From a virus (taxonomy: Duplodnaviria > Caudoviricetes), in IMG/VR virus record IMGVR_UViG_3300032224_000787, positions 1 to 58,339 of that record: a stretch of 58,339 bases of DNA. One strand, 5' to 3'. This document shows, piece by piece, positions 9,572 to 18,851 of this stretch; position 1 is the first letter of the stretch, and each line of letters starts with the position of its first letter. The notes beneath the pieces are model-generated. The model had not been told where the DNA came from, did no database searches, and worked only from the letters and a program-made list of their open reading frames with translations. The translations under genes and the position numbers were made by a program.

Positions 9572-9600
9572 AGTTTTATTTACTTGTACTTATTTTAGAG

Positions 9601-12600
9601 CTAGTTAAAATCTCCAATACCCTTTTTTTCTTTGAAATCACCAAAGCCTCCGGCATCATTAAAATTACCAAAGCCTTCACTATCATTAAAATCAAAATTC
9701 ATAGAATTACTTGATTTAGATGCTTTGTATTTATTATCGTAATACTGAACGCCTTCACCTAGTATACTTAATCCAATTAGAGCTGATCCAACCCCATATC
9801 CTTGTTCTTTCATAATTGGTTCAACGTCACGCATCCACAATGGAATAAGTAAATCTTGAGCAGAAACAGGTATTCCCATTCTATTAAAAGCGTTATCTTC
9901 ACCTGCTTCTTCAGCTATTCTATTTGCTTTTTCTTTTTCAGTTAAGCTTGCCCACTGATAAAATTTAGATGGTAATGGCGCTAATTTATTAGCAAAGAAT
10001 TGTTCACCAACGTCTTTTCTAGTTGTTTTACCAAATCCTTGATTAAGATCTTCAATTCTTCCTGTGGTTGGACTTTTCTTTTGTCCAGACGCAAATTGAG
10101 CAAGAGTTCTGTAGTAAACAGCCATACCACCTGTTATATCAACACGGGTGTTGCCTAATTTAATCTTACCAAAGTCTGTACTTCTTGGATCAACGTCTAC
10201 AGATGTTTTATCGTCATCATCATTATTATAATACAATGCAGCCATCCCAATAATTAATGATGTAGAAGCCATAAATCTACTCATTGTTTTAAGCGCCATA
10301 GCTCGTGCAGCAGGATTCATTCTTGAATAGTACAAAGGAGATAGCCCAAGAACCTCTAATCGGGCCTTAATCAACCTAGGAGAGAAGAATACTGGACTTA
10401 ATCCAACAGCTAATTGAGGATTCATATCACCTCTACCTGTTGCAGAATTACAAAATTTAGCCCAATCTTTAAATACTTGAGGATTAGCGGCCATTGTATA
10501 ACCTTGCTCCTTAAGTAAATCAGCTCCTTCCATGAATGATTGAACACGCATATTGTTTAGGAAACCTGTATAGGCAACTTCTGACTTCTTGTATAAGTTT
10601 GCGCCTGGTACTTTTACTCCACCAACAGTATATGATTGTCCTAGAATTGGAATTTTATTTCCTAGGTTATTCATGAATTGTTCTTCCATTGCAGATAGCT
10701 TTCCATTCTGCTCAGCAACATAAAGTCCGCTTGCTTTTATTAATGGATAGAATTCAGATGATTTTAACTCAGATAACCACTTATCATATGTTTCAGGATT
10801 TTTCCAAAAGCCCATCATTTGTTTAATCTGACGAGCAGTTTTTATAGGGCTCTGAGACATTACTCCGATAACACCCTGTCTAAATGGAGCAGATAAGTCA
10901 ATTGATGCAATCAAACCTTTTGGCAAGTTGAATACGTCTAGTAAACGTCTTCCTATTTTTTGTAGGTCAGGTTCAACAGCCAATTGAGCTCTCATTTTTT
11001 CGTACTCAAACTGTTCAATAAGTGCTTGACGTTCAATCTCTAACTTACGTGCTTCTTCATCAAGTTCAAATGCTTTAGTTCTAGTTTTAGTTGAAAAATC
11101 TCCTTCTTTGATTCTTCTTTCTAGCTCTTTATTTCTGTCATTCAAGCTCTTTTTATAAGCTTCTAATTTGTTTTCCTGGAATGCTTTTAATTCTTCTTCA
11201 GTGACAGGAATGTCAGCCATAGCTTCTTTAATAGCTCTACGGAGTTCTCTTTCTCTATCTGTTAGAATTTTTACAGCTCTTGTTCTTACTGATTCATTTT
11301 TTATCTTACCTACTTTAGTAGCAAGTTGCTTTTGGATATCCTCAAGCTTAGAAATCATTCTACCAACAGATCTAATTCTGTTTACCTCATCGGATAAATC
11401 ATCTTTGGTTTTACTGACCTCTCTTCCGTAGTTAGATATTGCATCACGTATTTGACGATCCGTAGCATCAGGGTATTTAGACGTAACTTCTTTGCGTACA
11501 GCTTCAATAACTTCCTCTATTGTTTTGGCTCCTTCAGATACTGCTTTTCTGATGCTATCAATACTTACAGCTACCTTGCCATCTTTAGATAAAGATTTCT
11601 TGCCTGATGCTTTTTTAGATTTACTATTTTTAATATTTTCTACAGCCTCATCATCTTTAGCCTCATCAGCTTGTTTACGTTTTGTTTCAATCTCACGATT
11701 CAACCTACGTAATTCTTTTTGGGCTTTTTCAATCTCCTCTTTAAGACCTTCTGGCATTTCTTTGCCTGCATCGTTGTATATCTTCTGAATTCTAGGTAGG
11801 AATAATCCATACTCTGAATTCATCATGATTCTACGTAATGAAAATGATAGACCTTGTTGACTACCAGAAATACTAGTTGCTACTTCATGTTGAAGTAAAT
11901 CACTTTCTAAAATTTCTATTTTTTCTCTAAGGGCTGAAGTGTCAGCATCAGAGTTCGTATCATTTAGTTGTCTGTACAAGTCATCTAAATCATTAAGCAT
12001 TTTTGTTTTGCTATAAATTAATACAGCTGTTTCTAATGGAGTAGTTGGTCTTGGATCTTTAATCAACTGTTTAACAAGGAAGTTTGGATCTATTTCTCCA
12101 TTTTTAATTGCCTGCTCTGCTGAATCAATAATTTCCTGAATTGTTGCATTTTCAATCCCAATACTAGCAATTTTCTTAGCTGTTTCACTAGCCATATCAT
12201 TTTTAATAGATGATAGACCTGACTCCCTAGTTACTTTGTCACTATTGACTTCATCCATGAAATCAGCAGCTTGTTTGTCTGTAATTTGACCGCTTTTTAC
12301 AGCTTTATCAAATACTGTACGTGCAGCATCATTAAGCGCAAATGTTAAATCAACACCTTTAAATAAAGCCTCCTTAACTAAATCAAGGATTTCATTCCAC
12401 AATTTAGGAGGGATAAGAGATGACACAGCTAAGTTCTTTGTGTCAAATTTAGCCCCATCTATAATATCATTAATAACTTGCTTAACTTCTTCCTTGCTTT
12501 TAGGGGCTCGTTTAGGATTTTTATCAACGAATTCTTTCTGTACTTTATTAGCTTCGTCTTTAGAAATAGCAGATAAAGAACCATCTGATTCCGAATATTT

Positions 12601-14295
12601 TTTCCAAGAATTATTCTTAAAATCAAAATAGAATTTTTCACCATTTAGATTTACTTCTTTTTTATCCTTACGTGTATAGTTTACAGCATCATTAGCTTGA
12701 GCGTTTCTGCTATCGTTAGCATCAGCCCATTCGCCTTTGCCATTTAAAGCTTGCCATCTGCCTGTTGCTCTATTTAGTTTGTGAACTAAAGGCTCGTTGG
12801 TCCTACTGTAAACAATAGCATAATCACCATTACTTTGTTTAGCGATTTCAATGTACTCATCTCTAATTTGTGTAGGTGTTTTGCCTTCTGTTTTAACTTC
12901 TTTTACTTCAACTTCTTTAGCTCTATCAAGATAAACAGTGTCTCCTTTTGAAGTTATTGCAACACGCTCTCCATTTATATTAGTTGTAATCTTAGCGGTT
13001 TCTTTAGGAGGTGTAAGTTTTCTTCCATCAGCAGTTTCAATAGCTTCACCTTGTACAGTAGCTGTTTTTCCGTCAGCTGATATCTCAATTGTAAAGTTAC
13101 GGTCAAAAGCTTGTTTAGTTCTACCCGGAGCAACCATCTTCTTAGGTGCTTCTTCTTTTTGGTATTCAGCCTCAGGTTCTTTTGCTTGAGTAGGTTCAGC
13201 TTGAGTTTTTGCCTTTGTGGACTTACTAGATTTTATATCATCAATTACTTCATTAATATCACTAGTATATGTCTCTGTTGTTTTTCCGTCAATTCCTTCT
13301 GATATTTTTGAATATACCCAAACATATTCTTTTGGATCTCCAAATTTATCTTCTGCTTCAGATGTAGAATCTGGATCTTCAACTTTACTAAGCCCATACA
13401 ATTCTCCATCAATGTTTATAATGAATCCATGCTCATTGCTTAATTCAAATGCATTATCCATTGTTAGCCTTTTTGGCTTATTCATTGGCTTTGGAGCTAC
13501 TATTCTAGCTTCATATAGTTTTATTGCATCAGATCCACCTGGTAACGATTCTCTAGGTATTCTATCATTAAACCAATCATCAATAAAATTATCTATCTCT
13601 TCTTCTGACATATTTTTAAGCATATCAGCGCCACGAGTAATTTTTTCTGTATTTGATTCAGCTACAGGTGCTTCTGTTTTAGTTTCAATAACAGGTGCAG
13701 TTGTTTCTGTTTCGGCAGTTGGTGTAGTTGTTTCTACTTTGGGCGCTTCTGTTTTAAGAGTTGATTCCTTAGTCTCAGTAATTGCAGCCCTTTTACTTTC
13801 TAAATAATTTTTAAAGAATCGAGTATCCCTTATTCGATATGCATTTCTTTCTACCTTAACTCCTTTAGGGCTAAGAGCTCCTGATTTATTTCTTTTAAAT
13901 GTTAATCGAGTTACACTGTCTTCTTCATCAAAATTATTATATTCAAAAGTAACGATATCACCAAAGTCTGTAACTATAGGTTCAGCCTGAGGAATAATTT
14001 TATTTTTTTTAATAACAGCTCGTCTTACATCAGAGTCTTTATCTCTTGTTTCTTCATCAGGGTCGTATTCTACTAATGATTCGTCTGATATTTCCTCAAT
14101 TGGATTAACAGGTGCTTCTACAGCAGGAGCCTCTACAACAGGAGCTGCTTGAGCTTTAGGCTTGAAATTAGGAATGGCAATTGTGCCTTCACTAATATAC
14201 TTATCAATAAGCCCATCATTGAGTGCTTTCTTAAATTCAGATTCAGACATCCATTGGTCTTCACCTGGCAATTGGTATCTGCAAGGCTTTGCCAT
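9601..14295 (-). CDS. Large ejected/cargo (internal virion) protein, 1564 aa
   Basis: Low-complexity E/T/P/A N-terminal part, long coiled coils, C-terminal DPRSTDFGKIKLGNTRVD motif with hydrophobic helices typical of podovirus large ejection proteins. Confidence 0.65.
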   Translation of the reverse strand: MAKPCRYQLPGEDQWMSESEFKKALNDGLIDKYISEGTIAIPNFKPKAQAAPVVEAPAVEAPVNPIEEISDESLVEYDPDEETRDKDSDVRRAVIKKNKIIPQAEPIVTDFGDIVTFEYNNFDEEDSVTRLTFKRNKSGALSPKGVKVERNAYRIRDTRFFKNYLESKRAAITETKESTLKTEAPKVETTTPTAETETTAPVIETKTEAPVAESNTEKITRGADMLKNMSEEEIDNFIDDWFNDRIPRESLPGGSDAIKLYEARIVAPKPMNKPKRLTMDNAFELSNEHGFIINIDGELYGLSKVEDPDSTSEAEDKFGDPKEYVWVYSKISEGIDGKTTETYTSDINEVIDDIKSSKSTKAKTQAEPTQAKEPEAEYQKEEAPKKMVAPGRTKQAFDRNFTIEISADGKTATVQGEAIETADGRKLTPPKETAKITTNINGERVAITSKGDTVYLDRAKEVEVKEVKTEGKTPTQIRDEYIEIAKQSNGDYAIVYSRTNEPLVHKLNRATGRWQALNGKGEWADANDSRNAQANDAVNYTRKDKKEVNLNGEKFYFDFKNNSWKKYSESDGSLSAISKDEANKVQKEFVDKNPKRAPKSKEEVKQVINDIIDGAKFDTKNLAVSSLIPPKLWNEILDLVKEALFKGVDLTFALNDAARTVFDKAVKSGQITDKQAADFMDEVNSDKVTRESGLSSIKNDMASETAKKIASIGIENATIQEIIDSAEQAIKNGEIDPNFLVKQLIKDPRPTTPLETAVLIYSKTKMLNDLDDLYRQLNDTNSDADTSALREKIEILESDLLQHEVATSISGSQQGLSFSLRRIMMNSEYGLFLPRIQKIYNDAGKEMPEGLKEEIEKAQKELRRLNREIETKRKQADEAKDDEAVENIKNSKSKKASGKKSLSKDGKVAVSIDSIRKAVSEGAKTIEEVIEAVRKEVTSKYPDATDRQIRDAISNYGREVSKTKDDLSDEVNRIRSVGRMISKLEDIQKQLATKVGKIKNESVRTRAVKILTDRERELRRAIKEAMADIPVTEEELKAFQENKLEAYKKSLNDRNKELERRIKEGDFSTKTRTKAFELDEEARKLEIERQALIEQFEYEKMRAQLAVEPDLQKIGRRLLDVFNLPKGLIASIDLSAPFRQGVIGVMSQSPIKTARQIKQMMGFWKNPETYDKWLSELKSSEFYPLIKASGLYVAEQNGKLSAMEEQFMNNLGNKIPILGQSYTVGGVKVPGANLYKKSEVAYTGFLNNMRVQSFMEGADLLKEQGYTMAANPQVFKDWAKFCNSATGRGDMNPQLAVGLSPVFFSPRLIKARLEVLGLSPLYYSRMNPAARAMALKTMSRFMASTSLIIGMAALYYNNDDDDKTSVDVDPRSTDFGKIKLGNTRVDITGGMAVYYRTLAQFASGQKKSPTTGRIEDLNQGFGKTTRKDVGEQFFANKLAPLPSKFYQWASLTEKEKANRIAEEAGEDNAFNRMGIPVSAQDLLIPLWMRDVEPIMKEQGYGVGSALIGLSILGEGVQYYDNKYKASKSSNSMNFDFNDSEGFGNFNDAGGFGDFKEKKGIGDFN

Positions 14296-14296
14296 A

Positions 14297-14764
14297 TTAC
14301 TTTCCTAATTCTTGATCAATCAAAATAGGTTCGCTAGTTCTGCTTAAACGAGCGATTAAATCACCATACTCTCCAACGCTTTCTACTTGGATTTCGATAT
14401 AATGGTGGATAAGTGGTTTGATTTTAGGACTACACTTGTCCCAAGCAGCTTCGTATTTAGCAAGAAGGTCTGTTTCCATCTCCATAGCAACCTCGAATGC
14501 CTCCATAAGGTCATCTACGTCTACATCTATAGCTTCTAATGCACGAACTTCAATCTGCTCATTCATATCATTCATGAACGTCTCTAATCCGTTAAAATGC
14601 TCACGCTCACTATTTGACTCATTCATAAAGAACTTTTCAGCACCAAAGAACCCAATAGTTTTCATTGTATTAGACAGGTGAAGGTACGTCTGACTAGCTT
14701 TAAGCTCTTCATGCCCTAAAGAGTTAATCATCTCTACTTCTTGATTTGTCAATAGTCTTTTCAT
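14297..14764 (-). CDS. Ferritin-like diiron protein
   Basis: EELKASQTY...FFMNESNSEREH...EME...IEIQVES matches ferritin ferroxidase ligand spacing; likely start MKRLL at 14764. Confidence 0.8.
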   Translation of the reverse strand: MKRLLTNQEVEMINSLGHEELKASQTYLHLSNTMKTIGFFGAEKFFMNESNSEREHFNGLETFMNDMNEQIEVRALEAIDVDVDDLMEAFEVAMEMETDLLAKYEAAWDKCSPKIKPLIHHYIEIQVESVGEYGDLIARLSRTSEPILIDQELGK

Positions 14765-14766
14765 TG

Positions 14767-17700
14767 TTAGCAATCTTTATTGATTAAATTATTCTTTTCT
14801 AGTGTTTTTACTATCCTAGCAAAGTTAGTATCTATTTTTGAAATTCTATTATAGTCAGGTCCATACTTCTTCTTGAGGTCCTTAATAGCGTTTGTCTTAG
14901 CTGTACCTTTTAGCTTATTAGCATCTGATATTTCATCGAATGGATTACCTGTTGTTTCAGCAGCTGGCAACTCTTTGGTTTTTCCGACAAGTTCAGCAGA
15001 TGGCAACTCTTCGGTTTTTTCGGATGGTTCAGCAGCAGGAGTTTCTTCAGGTGCTACCTCTTGCTGTTTAGCTCCGGCAATCTTAGTTGTTCTAGGTCTT
15101 CTTCCTTTTTCTTTTTCAGTAGTTGTTTCAGTAGCTACTTCTTGAGTTTGCTCTTGTTCTCCTTGAACCACTCCACTAGGGCTAGGCGCTTCTTCGCTTG
15201 GTTTAGTGACAGGTTGTTCTTCGACAGGTTTTTCCCCTTCTCCGACTTTACTTGGTAACCCTTGCTGGTTTTCTTTATCATTTCCTTCAGTATTAAATAA
15301 TTCTACAGGCTCAGTAAATGTTGATTCCTCAACTTCAACTGAGGATGGTTTACCTTCTGCTGTTCTTTCTATTCCTTCTACGTCAAATTGGATATCACCG
15401 CTTTCAGTTACTTCCTGTTTGATTTCAGGGTCTTTCTCTACGTTTTCTTGACGTTTATTCTGACGTTCCTGAGCTTCAACGTAGTCCTCAGTTTTATTCT
15501 CTGCATAGTTATAATCAGCCTTCACAGCATTGATTACATCGTTTACCTGCTTTTTCTTTTCGTCACTTAGTGATTCGTAAGCATCATCAGCAGTGCTTCC
15601 TGATACAAGACCGAAGCCAGCACCCATAACAAATGAGGAAACTAAGAATTTCTGAACCTCATCAAGTGTTCCAAATCTTGATTGTACCTCATCAAAGAAT
15701 CCACGGTTACGTAACTCGTCAGTATATATGTTGGTAAGTTCCTGTGCTGCTTCCTCTACTGTTTCAACAACACCACGAACAGAAGCTTCTCCGCCTTTCT
15801 TAATAGCTTTCATTGCTAGGTTTGCGTTAGCACCAAACATTGATTGAATGTATTGAGCAGCCTGAGGCGGTGTCATTTTAGCAAGTACTTTGGTAAATGC
15901 GTTAGATGCAGCTCCACCCATTAAACCTGACATGAAGTACATCTCATCTTCTGTAGATCCAAACAATCTACCTGTAGCCTCGAACTTAGCACCTTCTTTT
16001 ACAGCAGGCAATAAGAATCTACCAAGTTTAGTAGTAGACATAGCAGCATCAAAAGCATCAGTTGCTCTGTTTACATATTGGGCTGCTTTCTGAACATTGT
16101 TAGTTCCTGCTACTAGTTTCTCTACGGCATTACCTACTTTAACTGCTGATCCTGGAACCATTTCAGTAGCAATAAGCGGAGCAATAATACCTGCCGTTGT
16201 ACCAATCATGTTACCCCAATTCTCTCTACTCAAGAAGTTCACACGTGTAGCATCCTCAAGTGCTTTCATGGCGTCATCATCCATCATGTCCTCTTCAGTG
16301 AATCCCTTCTCTTCCAAGAAGTTTTTCATTGTATTGGCTGCCTCAGATTGATTGAAATAACCTTCAGCACCTGCTGTATTCGGTAGTAACGTTTTATCAA
16401 AACTATTCATGAATGACTCAAAGAAATCACCAGTTGATTTAGTGATGCCTAAGTCATTGTTATAGTACATTGGAGCTAACTGATTAAGCATAGCTTTATT
16501 ATGCAAATAATCTTTTTCAGCTTCACTAAGAGAGAAATACCCACCCCAATCAAGCATATCTTTAAACCTTCTAGAAAGTCTATTTAAGTAGTCTTCATCA
16601 ATTTGATTTGCTTTAGCCAATCCATCATTAGCATTAGACAATTGGCGATAAAAGAAGTCAAATCGTTCTTTAGGGCTGAACTCCTTAGGGATAGCTGATA
16701 AAATAGTCTGAGATGTCTCAGTCATATTTTTAGCTGTTTCCTTTGCAAACTTTTGTGGCTCAGTTTTGAACACGGTAGATAGCAACGATTCTTTGTTGTC
16801 AATCTTCTTTTCAAGTAACTGCTTTTGTTTATTAAGCCCAAACAATTGACCGTTAATCTCTTTTAATCTAGGGTCATCAGAGCTTAATCCCTGAGCTTGT
16901 TTTTTAAGTGAGTTAATCTGAGCGTTAATACCAGATAGCTCACCTTTAAATTGACTGATTTCGCCACGAACGCCTGAATAGTTTTCCTGTTGTAGCTTTT
17001 CATAATCGGTTGTCATCTTAGACAACTGTGTCTCAATGTATCTTTTTTCTGTCTCACTGATGTTATTGGAGAACTTATATCCACCATTAACTCTGTCGTA
17101 AAGCATTTTACCTGAATCAATATTCTCTTGAATAAAGTCCGCAATCTTTACAGTAGATTCAAATGATTCTTTAGCTGCTTCTTGGAAATCACCATTACCT
17201 TTTAAGTTTAATTGCTCCAAGTAGTCCTGCTTCTTCTGATCAAGCGAATACTTACCAAGGCTCATGTCTTTAGAGTAGGCCTCATTAACAAATGTATTTA
17301 CGTCTTTTGCTTGATTAAAGAAGTTTTCAGTATTAGCCATAACACCTGCCAAAGCCTTAGCCTTATCAGCAGTATATGTTCCGTCACCAACAATTTTCTT
17401 AACTTGATCTTGATACTTTACTAACTGAGTAAACTGATCTTTAGATAACTTATTGTTTTTAGCAAACATAGTCATCAAGTCCTTACCTGCAAAGTTAGCT
17501 GCATTGTCAAAAGCTTGTTGATACTGTGGTCCTTTGAGTTCTTCTGCGCTATTCTTAACAGCATTTAAGTCAAGACCTGTAACTAGTTTCACTGTTGGAA
17601 GACTAGCTTTAGGAGTAGGTTTATTAGCAGCATCTATTACAACTCTAGTTTCAGGAGCTGCATTAGCATAATTAGCATCGTAATTAAAATTATACGTGCC

Positions 17701-18810
17701 ATCATCATTGTACATTCTGTCCTTTCCTGCAATCTTAGGTGCAGTAAGAGAGCTAAATGACATACCTGATGCGACAGTTTTATCACCACCAGATGTTAAT
17801 AAGTTGTATGAGTTGAAGTCACCTATTCTACCGTACTTAGGAGTGATTACATTCTCAGCCATATTCACAGCGTAAGACTTTCCTCCTGGTCTGTATGGAA
17901 TAGCATTTCTATTCAACTCAGCTTGTCGTTGAGCTACGTTACCTTCTTTAAGCTTAACAAAATCACCCTTGACTTCTTTGTACCAAGCATTGCCTTTCTT
18001 CTGATAAAGATGCTTATCGTAGACATAGTAGTCTCCACCTTTGTTATAGTTAAGAGTTCTAGCGTTAGTGTTAAGTTCTTTGGTACGTTCCTCAGCGTCT
18101 TTTTCAATTAGTTTGAATCCACCTTGTCCGGTAACATCCTTATACCACTGATCACCTTTCTTTTGATAGATATTATCACCGTATTTATAGAAACCATCAC
18201 CTTTAGCTTTTGCTGTTTTGACTTCAGGATTCTTTACTACGTGACCCTGATTTGTTACTGTGACAGGTTTATTTTTATACTCAATGCTAGTTTGTTTAGG
18301 CGTAGTAGATTGAATAAGAATGCCCGGATTGTTAGGGTCCTCAACTAATGGCGCAGGAATATCGATAGGCTTCTCAGGCTCTACTTTTGTTTCAGGAAGA
18401 TTTTCGTCCTCAATAATATTAAGTGGTTGAACCAAAGATGTGTCAACCTCAGTAATCTCACCAAGCTTAGGTGTTTCAGGATTAGGTGGTTGATTAGGAA
18501 TAGATAATGGCTTAGGCTTTACTATCTCATCATCATTGAATATAGCATCTAAATCATCTACAGGTTGTACAGGAACAGTCTCTTCAACAGGTGCTGTAGG
18601 AAGTATAGCTTGTTGCTGTGCTTCTTGCTGTGTAGGAACTGTTGCAACGGGTTTTACAGGCTCTGTTGGCTCAACATAAGCAGGGGGCTCACTATCAACT
18701 GGAGGATTAATTTTTACGTCAAATTGCTCAGCAGAGGGTGTTGGTTGAGTCTGAAGTTGAACAGTTTCTCCCGTACCACCCGTTTGAGTCTGCATTAAGT
18801 TTTCTTCCAT
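14767..18810 (-). CDS. Large ejected/cargo protein, 1347 aa
   Basis: P/E-rich ends, coiled coils, G/A-rich amphipathic helices; position after muzzle and cargo genes. Confidence 0.6.
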   Translation of the reverse strand: MEENLMQTQTGGTGETVQLQTQPTPSAEQFDVKINPPVDSEPPAYVEPTEPVKPVATVPTQQEAQQQAILPTAPVEETVPVQPVDDLDAIFNDDEIVKPKPLSIPNQPPNPETPKLGEITEVDTSLVQPLNIIEDENLPETKVEPEKPIDIPAPLVEDPNNPGILIQSTTPKQTSIEYKNKPVTVTNQGHVVKNPEVKTAKAKGDGFYKYGDNIYQKKGDQWYKDVTGQGGFKLIEKDAEERTKELNTNARTLNYNKGGDYYVYDKHLYQKKGNAWYKEVKGDFVKLKEGNVAQRQAELNRNAIPYRPGGKSYAVNMAENVITPKYGRIGDFNSYNLLTSGGDKTVASGMSFSSLTAPKIAGKDRMYNDDGTYNFNYDANYANAAPETRVVIDAANKPTPKASLPTVKLVTGLDLNAVKNSAEELKGPQYQQAFDNAANFAGKDLMTMFAKNNKLSKDQFTQLVKYQDQVKKIVGDGTYTADKAKALAGVMANTENFFNQAKDVNTFVNEAYSKDMSLGKYSLDQKKQDYLEQLNLKGNGDFQEAAKESFESTVKIADFIQENIDSGKMLYDRVNGGYKFSNNISETEKRYIETQLSKMTTDYEKLQQENYSGVRGEISQFKGELSGINAQINSLKKQAQGLSSDDPRLKEINGQLFGLNKQKQLLEKKIDNKESLLSTVFKTEPQKFAKETAKNMTETSQTILSAIPKEFSPKERFDFFYRQLSNANDGLAKANQIDEDYLNRLSRRFKDMLDWGGYFSLSEAEKDYLHNKAMLNQLAPMYYNNDLGITKSTGDFFESFMNSFDKTLLPNTAGAEGYFNQSEAANTMKNFLEEKGFTEEDMMDDDAMKALEDATRVNFLSRENWGNMIGTTAGIIAPLIATEMVPGSAVKVGNAVEKLVAGTNNVQKAAQYVNRATDAFDAAMSTTKLGRFLLPAVKEGAKFEATGRLFGSTEDEMYFMSGLMGGAASNAFTKVLAKMTPPQAAQYIQSMFGANANLAMKAIKKGGEASVRGVVETVEEAAQELTNIYTDELRNRGFFDEVQSRFGTLDEVQKFLVSSFVMGAGFGLVSGSTADDAYESLSDEKKKQVNDVINAVKADYNYAENKTEDYVEAQERQNKRQENVEKDPEIKQEVTESGDIQFDVEGIERTAEGKPSSVEVEESTFTEPVELFNTEGNDKENQQGLPSKVGEGEKPVEEQPVTKPSEEAPSPSGVVQGEQEQTQEVATETTTEKEKGRRPRTTKIAGAKQQEVAPEETPAAEPSEKTEELPSAELVGKTKELPAAETTGNPFDEISDANKLKGTAKTNAIKDLKKKYGPDYNRISKIDTNFARIVKTLEKNNLINKDC

Positions 18811-18825
18811 TATCTATATTTTATA

Positions 18826-18833
18826 CAAAGATA
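18826..18833 (-). promoter_or_regulatory. Bacteroidota sigmaA -7 element
   Basis: TATCTTTG on the minus strand, 15 nt upstream of ATG 18810. Confidence 0.65.
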
Positions 18834-18851
18834 GCCAATGAGGCTTTATTT

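Noticed and set aside
11168-18798. Plus-strand ORFs antisense to the cargo genes
   Set aside because: S/L/F-rich mirror translations of the real minus-strand genes, with no initiation signals
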